A stretch of 59,503 nucleotides of DNA, taken from the IMG/VR virus record IMGVR_UViG_3300009184_000049, positions 1-59,503 of that record; one strand, 5' to 3'. The stretch's first letter is position 1; each line of letters starts with the position of its first letter. This document shows positions 1 through 10,014 of the stretch, in pieces. The position numbers and the translations under genes were made by a program. This DNA comes from a virus. Taxonomy: Duplodnaviria > Caudoviricetes. Below the pieces are notes generated by a model, which was not told the DNA's origin, did no database searches, and was given only the letters and a program-made list of their open reading frames with translations.

Positions 1-1060
1 CAATCTGTCTAGACCATGCCGTTTGACCCAGTGTGGGTACCGTAGAGAGGTCGTTAACATCATCTGGTGTGGCAGATGAGATAGCAATAATAGGAACCTC
101 TTCGCCAATAGCCATTAGTTTAAGTTCTCTTGAAAGGTTCTTCATTCGTACCGTTTCATTATCTGACTTCTGATTAGGAGCCATTAACTGAAGGTAGTCA
201 ACGATTACAAAGTCTGGCTTATACTGATCAATCTTTCCACGAAGAACTGATGGGTTAATCTATCCACCACTATCATTTGATATGATGTGGAACTCTGGTT
301 TTCCTGCAAGATTCTTTGCATGCCACTCCTTTAGCATTTCAATCTCAATCTCACCATTACTAATTTTTCTGTGAGACCAACGACCTTCACCCATAATAGT
401 AAACACACGATTACGAACTTCAGTCTCAGACATTTCAAGAGAGATTACCATTGGGGACTTGCCTTGCTTCCATGCTTGAACAGCAAAGTAAAGTGCAAGC
501 CAAGACTTTCCAATTCCTGGATAAGCAAGAAATACTCCAAGTTGCCCTGGCATAATTCCAGCAGGTAAGTAATTATCAAACCCTGGAAGACCTGTCTTGA
601 TTCCAGACAAACCAAGTGCCTGCTGCTTCTTAACATTTTCAAAGTAAGCAACTGCTGACTCAAGATCTGTAACATCAATATCACGAATTGAAGCAGTATT
701 CTTTTTTAGTTCTGAGGTCTTTGTAATTAGGTCATTTAGTGCAACAACTCCTTGATTATTTTGAACATTAGTTGCTGCTGATCTAAGGATATCTTTTAGG
801 CTATCATTTAAATATTCTCCTTGAAGTTCTTCAAGATGATGCTTTGTTGCTCCCACATTTAAAACTGGTTCAAAATCTCTAAACTTTTCTGTAACTAATT
901 CTGAAGGTGGGAGAGTGGAATTGGCTTCAAAATATAAACGAATAAACTCCCAGATATCCCCGTGTGTTCTTAAAAGATTATCAACATTAGCCTGAAGAAG
1001 CACATGCATTTGTTTATCTTGAAGGACTGCCGTAATTAGTTTTGACTCTGTATTATTCAC
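1..1060 (-). CDS. dnaB: DnaB-like replicative helicase, interrupted by an in-frame TAG at 260-262 and running off the window edge
   Basis: Walker A AYPGIGKS and ISLEMS motif. Past the TAG the same frame reads INPSVLRGKIDQYKPDFVIVDYLQLM...LSRELKLMA...PIIAIS (Walker B/H3). Confidence 0.9.
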
Positions 1061-1361
1061 TTAGCCACTCCTTAGCCATTTTCCTGCGCTCTTCTCTTTC
1101 TAAACTATCTTTTATTTTATCTTTTTTTGCTTGCAATATTTTTTCTGCATTATATGCAAAGTGATTCCAAGAGGGGCTTTCTGCAACTGAAAAGTAGTAC
1201 TCAAGTATATCGTAGCATACAGAGATTCCGTACGACTCTACAAGAGCGTCTGAGGCCCACTGCTCTACATTTAAATTAAGTGATGGCTTTTGCTCATACC
1301 TTGCAGTATGAAACTTGCTGTAGCGTGAAAGCAAAGCCATTCGGTCTTTGCGTTCGGCCAT
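1053..1361 (-). CDS. hypothetical protein, translationally coupled to the helicase (possible loader/accessory)
   Basis: 102-aa ORF overlapping both neighbours. Confidence 0.6.
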   Translation of the reverse strand: MAERKDRMALLSRYSKFHTARYEQKPSLNLNVEQWASDALVESYGISVCYDILEYYFSVAESPSWNHFAYNAEKILQAKKDKIKDSLEREERRKMAKEWLSE

Positions 1362-1570
1362 TATGCTTCAGCAGCCTCTTCTTGTGCCTCTTTTATCTTG
1401 TCTGTAAGTTTATCTTCAACAAACTTGTAGACACGCTCAAAAGCCTGATCAACAGTTTCGCCATTCTTACGAGAATCTGAGACACCTAAGTCAAGTCTAA
1501 GTGACTGAAAATTTCCTAGATTAAGTGTGTATCCTAATGTTACTGATACCTTGGTTGTTTCGTTTTCCAT
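1361..1570 (-). CDS. small phage protein (likely start MENETTKV)
   Basis: GAAGGG SD-like sequence before ATG at 1570; stop overlaps the next start. Confidence 0.65.
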   Translation of the reverse strand: MENETTKVSVTLGYTLNLGNFQSLRLDLGVSDSRKNGETVDQAFERVYKFVEDKLTDKIKEAQEEAAEA

Positions 1571-1583
1571 CTTATACCCTTCG

Positions 1584-2126
1584 CTAAATAGATTCATTCC
1601 AGATTGGAACAAACCGTCCATCTTCTGTTTTCCTATAAGTAAGTATACCATCGCCCATTCTGCGTGTCAACTCTTGCTTGCTGGGCGTAATATCGTTTGT
1701 TATTAATTTGTCTTTTCTTGGCCTACCAATATGGTATGAAGCAAGTATATCACGTATCTCTTTTACTTGCGATTCTGAGTAGTATGATCTTACTTGGAAC
1801 CCTCTTGCTCCACCTTTTTGAGATCCCGTTGGAAAAGGAATGACTCCTCGTTTCATTAATGATGGCATATATTTTTTATGACGATTAACTAAATCAGCAG
1901 TCTGACCAACAGTGTATGCTCGTTCTCTCTTATTTTTAAAATCACTAATTAAACAACTTTCAATTTGATCCTTTATAATATTATAAACAGACATTATTCC
2001 ATTAGAGTGATTGTAATGATGTATTCTAACTAGGCTTCCATTAAGAAACCAAACCTTTTTGTTACCTGGTATTACAGGTGACTCATTATATTTTTCGCTC
2101 TCGATTGTTCCTTTTTTAGTAACCAT
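1584..2126 (-). CDS. MerR-like helix-turn-helix DNA-binding protein
   Basis: YTVGQTADLVNRH...KRGVIP...RSYYSESQV fits the MerR/excisionase wHTH pattern. Confidence 0.65.
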   Translation of the reverse strand: MVTKKGTIESEKYNESPVIPGNKKVWFLNGSLVRIHHYNHSNGIMSVYNIIKDQIESCLISDFKNKRERAYTVGQTADLVNRHKKYMPSLMKRGVIPFPTGSQKGGARGFQVRSYYSESQVKEIRDILASYHIGRPRKDKLITNDITPSKQELTRRMGDGILTYRKTEDGRFVPIWNESI

Positions 2127-2263
2127 TGCCCCTCCATAGTGTGGCTAGGTGGATGAAAGAATACTCTAAATCCGCATTTCATGCAATATACTTCTAAGTG
2201 ATTAATTTCGGTATATTGTCTATCTATAAACATTCTACCTTTGCATTTTTTGCAAGACATCAT
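2072..2263 (-). CDS. small zinc-ribbon protein
   Basis: CKKC...CMKCG. Confidence 0.6.
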   Translation of the reverse strand: MMSCKKCKGRMFIDRQYTEINHLEVYCMKCGFRVFFHPPSHTMEGQWLLKKEQSRAKNIMSHL

Positions 2264-2706
2264 TAATTTGGTATTCCGACAATAAGAATATTAATTCCAA
2301 CAGTTGTATCTCCACCAGTATTAAATTTAACTATTCCATCTACTCTTGAAGTTGATATACTATTTATTGTTACTGTTACATCTCTTCCTGCATCTGTTCC
2401 TCCAACATTTACTGCAGTTGCTGTAACTACTGGAACAAATTTAAAGTCTGTTCCAAAAGAATGAGACCAAGGTTCTGTAGCCCCTGCAATTTTTGATTGT
2501 CCTGTTGTTACTTGCTTGTAAACACCAACAATTCTAGACTCTGAAATTTTTGCACTTTGTGGACCATTGGGAGGCGTATCTAATGTCACATATTTATTTG
2601 TTGAGGTTGAGACTTGAGAAGATAAATCATTAACAGCCTTAACAATCTGATAAATATATGTTACGTCTAAGGGTTGTCCACGCTCTGGTACGGGTAATAT
2701 TGCCAT
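2263..2706 (-). CDS. putative minor tail protein
   Basis: End of the tail module; beta-rich C-terminus; leaderless promoter. Confidence 0.55.
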   Translation of the reverse strand: MAILPVPERGQPLDVTYIYQIVKAVNDLSSQVSTSTNKYVTLDTPPNGPQSAKISESRIVGVYKQVTTGQSKIAGATEPWSHSFGTDFKFVPVVTATAVNVGGTDAGRDVTVTINSISTSRVDGIVKFNTGGDTTVGINILIVGIPN

Positions 2707-2712
2707 AATACA

Positions 2713-2721
2713 ATTATACCA
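2713..2721 (-). promoter_or_regulatory. extended -10 promoter TGGTATAAT, 6 nt before ATG (leaderless)
   Basis: Motif and spacing recur before several other genes. Confidence 0.7.
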
Positions 2722-3166
2722 GACTCAGACCTGTGATTGCTGATCTTGATCCAGAATCAAAGATTTTAATAGATGTGCTAATTACTGGCTTTATTGATGC
2801 CAATTGAACTAAAACCTTTACTGATGTTGGGGTTCCAGTTTTTAAAAATGAAAAACTAGTTCCAGTTGTAGTGCCAACATGAACTGCACTTGCTGTATCG
2901 TATTGAGCAAAAATATCATATTTAATTTGCTCTGCAGGATTAGATCCATTAGACCAATTTACTAGAATTGTATTTCCAACTACAGATATATCTCCTGGCA
3001 AAACTTGAACTAATTCTCCATTTACAAAAAATATCTGTGACCAGGCAGACTTTCTATTCTTGTCCTCTGCAACTATTCTAAATCTTATAACTCTGCCATT
3101 TTCAGATGATACCTTGCCTAAAAATTCTTTTTTAACTAAAACATTTTTAATTCCACTGTCTGCCAC
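2714..3166 (-). CDS. putative minor tail protein (FN3/Ig-like)
   Basis: FRIVAEDKNRKSAWS and ILVNWS FN3-like pattern; position in the tail module. Confidence 0.5.
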   Translation of the reverse strand: MADSGIKNVLVKKEFLGKVSSENGRVIRFRIVAEDKNRKSAWSQIFFVNGELVQVLPGDISVVGNTILVNWSNGSNPAEQIKYDIFAQYDTASAVHVGTTTGTSFSFLKTGTPTSVKVLVQLASIKPVISTSIKIFDSGSRSAITGLSLV

Positions 3167-4544
3167 TATAACACATCCAAACCAAATCTAAACTCAATAT
3201 AGTTTGTAGTATTTGCTGATTTAATGATTGGTCTTGCATCTGTGGTTTTTATAACAGAGTATCCAGTTAAACCATATACAGAGTTTGTTGATGTAACATT
3301 TTCAAGTCTAAGTCCATCTAAACAAACATAGAAATCTTCTGTTGGTTCTGCGCTTCCGCTTTTTATTACAGAGGCGTATATTCTTACAGTATTTATTTCT
3401 GACCAAGAGAAGTCTGAACTTTTTTGTAACTCTTGAAGTTGTTTTTTTATAACAAAATATCTATTGATTGAAAAATCATTACTTGTATTATTAACGACTG
3501 CTTCAAAAATTGCCCACTTGCCACTTTTAAAAGTTCCAGTAGAAGAAAATTCAACAATAATTTTGACTGATTCTGGTTGTGATACTGTGCTAGTTCCAAC
3601 TTTACCAATTTTATTCACAACAGAAAATGCAAGTCTCAACTCGTCTGTAGGAGAGTTTTTACTAAAATCAACTGCTGTATCGCTAACTGTATAAAGTTTG
3701 ATGGTATGGTTGTGGTTAGGTTTATTGCATCTAGATGTCCATTAGCATCTACAGATATTTTAGAATTATTTCCAGATATAGCAAATATGTTATTTAAAAA
3801 TCTGCATCTTTCATGTCTTTCAACTCTATCGGAGTTGGTAAAAATTTTGTTATCTGCATTTGTTTTAAAGACTGGATAGGCTTGACTAATGATGTTTGTC
3901 TCTACATCGTTAACTAAATATCCTGCTGAAACAAAAGTTGCTACTACGGCAGTTGAAGAAACAATTGTAAATGATGTTGAGTTTGGAACAGTTGCAATAT
4001 TTACCTTTGATAAATTAAACGCTGCTGGAGATATTCCAGAAATAGATATTTCAGTTCCTATAGAAAGACCGTGTGAGGCATCTGTTGTATATGTTAAAGT
4101 AGTTCCAGATGCTGTTGCTTTTATTATTTTAACAACACGATCATCTAGTGGTCCGTAAATTGATGGGATCTCGCTTGCTTGAGAAGAATACTTCCAGCCT
4201 TCTTCATCAGAAAAAGAATAAATAGTCTTACTATCTGTAGATCCTGCAACAGGGTTTGATGCTCCAGAAAATACACCAACCTCTGTGATCTCATATCTTT
4301 CTTGTGTTGGAAGTTCTGCGGTCAATACAATCTTTGAGACTCCAGACTCATCTACAAATCCTCTAGAAATAATTGGAACACGAAACATTTCAAAATCAAG
4401 GGACTGCTTGCTTGAGTAATCAACAGAAGCGCTATCCGAAAGCAAAGGTTTTGGTCCACATCCTACGGCAATATGAGATGCATAAGATGCAGTCTGTCCA
4501 ACAAGATATTTAGCAAGAATATTTTTTCCTGTATTAGTTATCAT
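3166..4544 (-). CDS. tail/baseplate protein split by an apparent 1-nt frameshift near 3684
   Basis: N-terminus MITNTGKNILAKYL...HIAVG is typical of tail-collar/fibre attachment proteins. The alternative frame continues SDTAVDFSKNSPTDELRLAFSVV into the 3166-3639 ORF. Confidence 0.7.
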
Positions 4545-5090
4545 TTAATTTCCTCCATTGTATATTGTAGCATCATAAACCTCTCCGCTTGTTAGCATTT
4601 GGACTTCTGCCTGCTCTCCCTCTTTAACATTGACAAGATTTATCACCAGGTCCCCGCTTATTGGGTCAATATATATTGACTTACAGTTTGGAACTTTTGT
4701 CCATTTTGTTTTATCTGTAATACCATCCTTTGGAATAAGGTCATACCCATTGCCACAAACTGGAAGATGATCCATTACTGAGATAGATAAAGACTTAAAG
4801 AATGAGTCTGATGACTGTAATCTTAAAATATTGTTTGGGTTATATTGTAAATATAGATCTGTTAGGTTTTTTATAGGATTGTAAACTACTTTTTGTCCAT
4901 TGACCAGATCATGTCTAGATATTGTTGCAAGTTCTTGACCACCGATGTCTTCAAATATGAGATCAGTCATTATCTCAATAGCCATGACCTCTTCCCCTTG
5001 AATTATTAAATCTGGGGTTGCAATCTTTATTGCATTACTATTTGATGAAGATTTTGGATCTGGAAGATTTGCAGTTGCACTTGTTGTCAT
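4545..5090 (-). CDS. putative minor tail protein
   Basis: Coupled to the large tail-tip gene. Confidence 0.55.
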   Translation of the reverse strand: MTTSATANLPDPKSSSNSNAIKIATPDLIIQGEEVMAIEIMTDLIFEDIGGQELATISRHDLVNGQKVVYNPIKNLTDLYLQYNPNNILRLQSSDSFFKSLSISVMDHLPVCGNGYDLIPKDGITDKTKWTKVPNCKSIYIDPISGDLVINLVNVKEGEQAEVQMLTSGEVYDATIYNGGN

Positions 5091-8000
5091 TACACGACCT
5101 CACTTAAAAATAATGTCATATCAGGTCCATCTGAAGTTTTTGAATAGTCTATGTTGTACACAACAAACCTACTTGATGGAGAAGATACCATATTAATACC
5201 ATTTTCCTCGTAGTCAAGAGTAACAATATCACCAAGTTGAATAGTTGGAATTGCAAATATCTTAACACCAACAGACTTTCTTGGTTTTGTTATTTTTTCA
5301 ACAAGCCATTTCATAAGACTATTTGCTTCATCATAAGACTGAATGTATGGGGTGTTGAGTGAAAAATCTTTTTTACCGTAAGTCATACGACTTAATTTTA
5401 TGTCTTGATAATCTTGTTTAAACTTATATGGATTTGAAATTAATTTGTCTGCAACAAAAAGCGGATTAGACTCTAATGAATTTTTATTAAAATAATCATC
5501 AAGACTTAATCTGTTATCCGATTGCTGTGTAAATGTTATACCTTGAACTCTTAGGTAATTACCACTTGTCTCATCTAAACTAATTGCAGTATCTGTTGAA
5601 TTAAAAATAATAAACTCTGCCCCGTAAGATCCTGCTCTAAATCCTGAAACAACATATCCCTTAATCTTATTAAATGTTGGGGATATCTTTGCAGTCAGTG
5701 CTGGGAAGGCTTTATCGTACTTAAAATTAAATGTTGCTGCCTCTCTCATAATGCTTCCAAACTCTTCAAAATATATATTATATTTTGGTGCTTCAGAAGT
5801 TCCTATGCCCGATAGGTATGTGCTTTGAATTAGTCCACTCAGAGCATACTTTCTAAATGATTCATTGGCATCTATGTCTGAATCTCCAAAGACAGAGTTA
5901 ACTGGTGCGCCAAGGGAAAAGGTTGTATTCTGTGAGTAGTTGTTACATAGTGCATATACGTTTTCAAACATTATTCTTGAGGATCCCCTTGAAAATAGCG
6001 CCATACCTGAATAGACTGGGATAGGATCTAGGTCGTCAACAGTTTTAATTAATTTTCCATTTAAGTATAAGTAAAATCTTCTTGTGCTTCCAATATCCTG
6101 ATACTCTGCTGCTAGATCATAGACTGTTGGATTTTCTTCTGCAACCATTCTTGCTTGACCCGTAAATTTTCCATCGTCTACAGTAATTTCTCCAAGGCCT
6201 TCCCAAAGTTTTACTGGTATAGCCGTTCCGTTTTGTGATTTAATTTTGTAAAAAAATACATTGCTAACGCTTTCTCTTTCATCTTTAGATAAATTCCCTA
6301 GGCCTAATGCTGCAATTTCAAAGTAATAGCCAACATTTGTTGTTGGGTTTACCATAAAAGAAAGTCCTCCAGAGCCACCAGAAATATTTATATTTTTATC
6401 TGGTGTGGTTCCATTAACAACATAATAGGTTGAAGATCCATTTGGTGTTTGTCCTATTTCTAAAGTATTCTCTATTTTACCAACAATTCTCATTCTAGTT
6501 CCAAAATGTTTATATTTGTTTGTTTCTAAAGACTTATAAACATATGAGATAAAGTCTCTTGACTTTTCTTTAGTCGTAAAGTTGGGCCCATTTAAACATA
6601 GTGCTGAAGCCTGAAGTGTTCCAGTTTGAACTGCAGTTGCTGTACTAATTTCTCCTATAAAAGAAGTTGACATAAAGTTTTTAATAATACCATTTCTAGA
6701 AGATGTTTTTGATAAAACATCGGATGATGTTCCAGAGGAAGTTAGTTTTCCAGCAGAGGCAACAGTTGTTGTAGGCAAAACTAAATCTTTTTGAAATAAA
6801 TATTCTGATGACATGTAGCATCCCTTAACATTATCATCTGATTTCCAATAGTCTGACACTCCAGCATTATGGGCTACAACCTGAGTCCCAAACTGTCCTC
6901 TTCCATGTTTATTAACTTCTCCATTTTTTAACTTTACAATTCCAGATACTTCTTCATACTTTGGCTCAGAATAAATTCTAACTAATCCTGTTGGATAAAT
7001 TTTTCCATTAAACGGTAGTTTTGCAAAATAGTTTTGATAGTCTTCTGTTGATGTTATCCAAACATTGCCAAACCCAGATACATTATATTGCACTGCATCG
7101 TATTTAATAATTTCTCCTTGAGAATAAAAGTAACCGTTATATCTAGTTATCCAATATACTGCCTCACCAAGACTAAAAGTATTATTAATTAAAATATTAT
7201 TTTTTACTTCTGGTACATCTATAGATAGGTTTGAGTTTAGTGGGATAGCACTAAGAACATAGGCAGACTGAGTTGCAACCTCATTGTTTACAGATTTTGT
7301 ATTCTGGCTTCCAGAGACTTCCCAAAGCAATGCTGGCTTATACGTGTAGTATCTTTCATTATCTACAAGGCTTGCCTGTCTAATTGACCCTACAGATCTT
7401 TGTATATACCTTGTACTATAGTTAATTGCACCATCATTATATACCGAATTTTCTTGAGTTGATACAGAAATAACATTTGCCAACTTTGGCTTATTTGTTT
7501 TATTTTTTATTTCTCTATTTTCTACAAAGTCTTTTGTTCCTATAAGCGCAAAGGTTGTTGGTCTTTCTGCTGCAGTTGGCATAATATAGTTTTTGCTCAT
7601 CATTACAAAGTTGTTATATTCATCAAAGAACATTGCTGTCTGAGTTGAAACAGCCAGATCTTGAAGAACCTGAGCCACACTATTATCTGGGCTAACAAAG
7701 AAATATGGGATTACTATTTCTTTTTCATTTGCCACTCTCTTAAAAGTATAGTTAGAAAACCCAATATGGTCTAACAGTAAAGATACTGCAGAACTAACAG
7801 AAACTTCTGTCATTAATATTTCAGGGGCGGTAATTGATTCAAAATACCAATACAAATCTCTTAGTGTCATAGATACACGCTTTGTCATTAAATCTTGTTT
7901 AGGAAATCCATCTGAATATAGTGTCTTAATTGGAACATAGTAGTCCCATCCTGCAACATCAACTATTACTTCATAAAATTTAAACTGAACATGTCTAGAA

Positions 8001-9382
8001 ATATAATTTGCGATAATGCTGTTAGCGTTGTTAGTGTTAAATGCCTGGTCATGATCAAAAAGAGTAATGTTTCCGTTTGAGGCTATAAGTTGCCCAACTG
8101 GTAATCCAGACAGTCCTAGGTCTGATGCGCTTTTATTAATGGAATAGTCAACAGTTTTATCTGAAACATTTAAAACAAGTCTTGGAGAAATCTCAATAAG
8201 ATCAAACGTTGAATCTTTTTTGTTCATTGTTTCTACAACAATTCTTATTCCACTGATATATTCAAACTCTCTAAACTGTTGTTTGCCGTCTAAGGTCTTA
8301 ATAAATACATCTGGAGATGTTGCATCTGTTACAAAGTTTGTTAGTCTATCAACTGTTTCATCTTGTATGTACCATCCGTACTTTGGTTTAAGTAATACGT
8401 ATTGTAGCCCATCCCAGATATGATAGACTCCAGGATCTGTACTATTTGGTTTAATCAAATATGCATAGCCAATAACTGACTGCTCTGGTAGCAAGGATAC
8501 GCTTGTATAAGTTTCTGCTAAAACAAAGTTTACTCTCCACTCTTCAGGAACAATTAATCCATAAGCAATTTCAACATAACCGTCACTTTTAATTATAGGA
8601 GAACCATCTCGTCTTGTAATTGCTGGATTAAAAGATATGGTATCTACCCAATTATTATCTTTTAAAAGTTGAATCTTCCACTTACTGGGAGTCTTTTGAT
8701 TTAATTCTCCATAAAAGGGATCTGCATAAGATCCTGTGGAAGAAGAAAACGGTCCTAAATTTTCTGTTCCTGTGTGAGTCTGCATCTTAACAACAACTCT
8801 GTTGGCTGGAATCTTTTCTTTATAAACAACAAAAGGAACTGCATCTTCTATTGAATATTGTGAGCCCGTAACCTTTGATGCAATGCCATATTCTTCTCCA
8901 GACTCTGTTCTATAAGATGTCCAGTATTTAAACTTATCATTTTTGTCTGGCATATAGTATCTAGGTCTATCTGCCATCACAAGGTTGGGGTGGTGTAGTT
9001 TTCCATTCTCAAAAAACATTGCTTTATTTATTCCAGACCTTGGTCTAAACTGTGCAAAACAATCTTCCAAAGAATATAGGGTTTTTAGTTTTTCTTTTTT
9101 AGTTAATAGTGTTGTTGGAATATCATCATTATCAAATGTGCCATCGACTACAACGTCTGCATCAGTTGCCCCTGTATAGAAATTTCCTATGTCATTAACA
9201 TCAAAACTGGTTGGCAATGAGGCATATACAACTGCTGGAACTTTTGTTGGTCTGTATCTATAGTTTCCTATTTGTTTTATGTTAGTTGGAATATTCATAT
9301 TCCACTCAGCAGTTATAATTGACTTATTTCTTATTGTAGGTGATGTCTCTAAGAAATTTTGTAAGTCTTTATCTTCAAACAT
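5090..9382 (-). CDS. large tail tip/baseplate hub protein (likely start MFEDKD)
   Basis: About 1430 aa, two genes after the TMP; C-terminal PTIQLGDIVTLDY motif as in tail-tip proteins; TAATG overlap with the upstream gene. Confidence 0.7.
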   Translation of the reverse strand: MFEDKDLQNFLETSPTIRNKSIITAEWNMNIPTNIKQIGNYRYRPTKVPAVVYASLPTSFDVNDIGNFYTGATDADVVVDGTFDNDDIPTTLLTKKEKLKTLYSLEDCFAQFRPRSGINKAMFFENGKLHHPNLVMADRPRYYMPDKNDKFKYWTSYRTESGEEYGIASKVTGSQYSIEDAVPFVVYKEKIPANRVVVKMQTHTGTENLGPFSSSTGSYADPFYGELNQKTPSKWKIQLLKDNNWVDTISFNPAITRRDGSPIIKSDGYVEIAYGLIVPEEWRVNFVLAETYTSVSLLPEQSVIGYAYLIKPNSTDPGVYHIWDGLQYVLLKPKYGWYIQDETVDRLTNFVTDATSPDVFIKTLDGKQQFREFEYISGIRIVVETMNKKDSTFDLIEISPRLVLNVSDKTVDYSINKSASDLGLSGLPVGQLIASNGNITLFDHDQAFNTNNANSIIANYISRHVQFKFYEVIVDVAGWDYYVPIKTLYSDGFPKQDLMTKRVSMTLRDLYWYFESITAPEILMTEVSVSSAVSLLLDHIGFSNYTFKRVANEKEIVIPYFFVSPDNSVAQVLQDLAVSTQTAMFFDEYNNFVMMSKNYIMPTAAERPTTFALIGTKDFVENREIKNKTNKPKLANVISVSTQENSVYNDGAINYSTRYIQRSVGSIRQASLVDNERYYTYKPALLWEVSGSQNTKSVNNEVATQSAYVLSAIPLNSNLSIDVPEVKNNILINNTFSLGEAVYWITRYNGYFYSQGEIIKYDAVQYNVSGFGNVWITSTEDYQNYFAKLPFNGKIYPTGLVRIYSEPKYEEVSGIVKLKNGEVNKHGRGQFGTQVVAHNAGVSDYWKSDDNVKGCYMSSEYLFQKDLVLPTTTVASAGKLTSSGTSSDVLSKTSSRNGIIKNFMSTSFIGEISTATAVQTGTLQASALCLNGPNFTTKEKSRDFISYVYKSLETNKYKHFGTRMRIVGKIENTLEIGQTPNGSSTYYVVNGTTPDKNINISGGSGGLSFMVNPTTNVGYYFEIAALGLGNLSKDERESVSNVFFYKIKSQNGTAIPVKLWEGLGEITVDDGKFTGQARMVAEENPTVYDLAAEYQDIGSTRRFYLYLNGKLIKTVDDLDPIPVYSGMALFSRGSSRIMFENVYALCNNYSQNTTFSLGAPVNSVFGDSDIDANESFRKYALSGLIQSTYLSGIGTSEAPKYNIYFEEFGSIMREAATFNFKYDKAFPALTAKISPTFNKIKGYVVSGFRAGSYGAEFIIFNSTDTAISLDETSGNYLRVQGITFTQQSDNRLSLDDYFNKNSLESNPLFVADKLISNPYKFKQDYQDIKLSRMTYGKKDFSLNTPYIQSYDEANSLMKWLVEKITKPRKSVGVKIFAIPTIQLGDIVTLDYEENGINMVSSPSSRFVVYNIDYSKTSDGPDMTLFLSEVV

Positions 9383-10014
9383 TATACTTCTTCCAAGGAA
9401 ACAGAGACATTCCAATAATCAAAGTTAGTTCCTCTTTTTTCTACAGAGTATGAAAAACTTGATATAAACATTTCTACAAGTTGGTTATACTGCTGTAAAT
9501 GATCATATGGACTTTCTGTTCCTTTAAAAATTCCTTTTCTATCGTATGCAAGAAATACCCAGAAAGAACCTTTGTGACCGTCATACCATTCAAGCATATC
9601 TGCTGCTCCTGCTCCGCCATCTGTTGTATATGACTTGTAAGGAGATATTCCTGTTGTTGGATCAAATCCAGGGATGTTTGGATGCGACCTTGAAGGAAGC
9701 ATTGTCCAACTTGTACTAATCTTCATCTTATCTGCAGTATGGTATGACCTCATACGACCATTAATCATTCTTTCCCTTTTTTCAATACGCTCATCTGAAA
9801 AATCTAGGGGAGACCTATTGTCGTCTGTAAGCATTAAAAATTGATCTAACAGTTCTGGATCTGCATCATCAGCAGCATGGGTTCCTATTTCAAAACCATT
9901 TGGAACATACAAACCATTTATTAGGGTACCAGAGTTTTCAGACCAGAGCATCCCGCTAGGCCTATTGTATTTCTTTCGGCTCTGCATATAGGTGAATCTT
10001 CTATCATCTACCAT
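9382..10014 (-). CDS. distal tail (Dit-like) protein
   Basis: Directly after the TMP; ERMINGRMR and WNVSVSLEEV-type ending. Confidence 0.6.
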   Translation of the reverse strand: MVDDRRFTYMQSRKKYNRPSGMLWSENSGTLINGLYVPNGFEIGTHAADDADPELLDQFLMLTDDNRSPLDFSDERIEKRERMINGRMRSYHTADKMKISTSWTMLPSRSHPNIPGFDPTTGISPYKSYTTDGGAGAADMLEWYDGHKGSFWVFLAYDRKGIFKGTESPYDHLQQYNQLVEMFISSFSYSVEKRGTNFDYWNVSVSLEEV

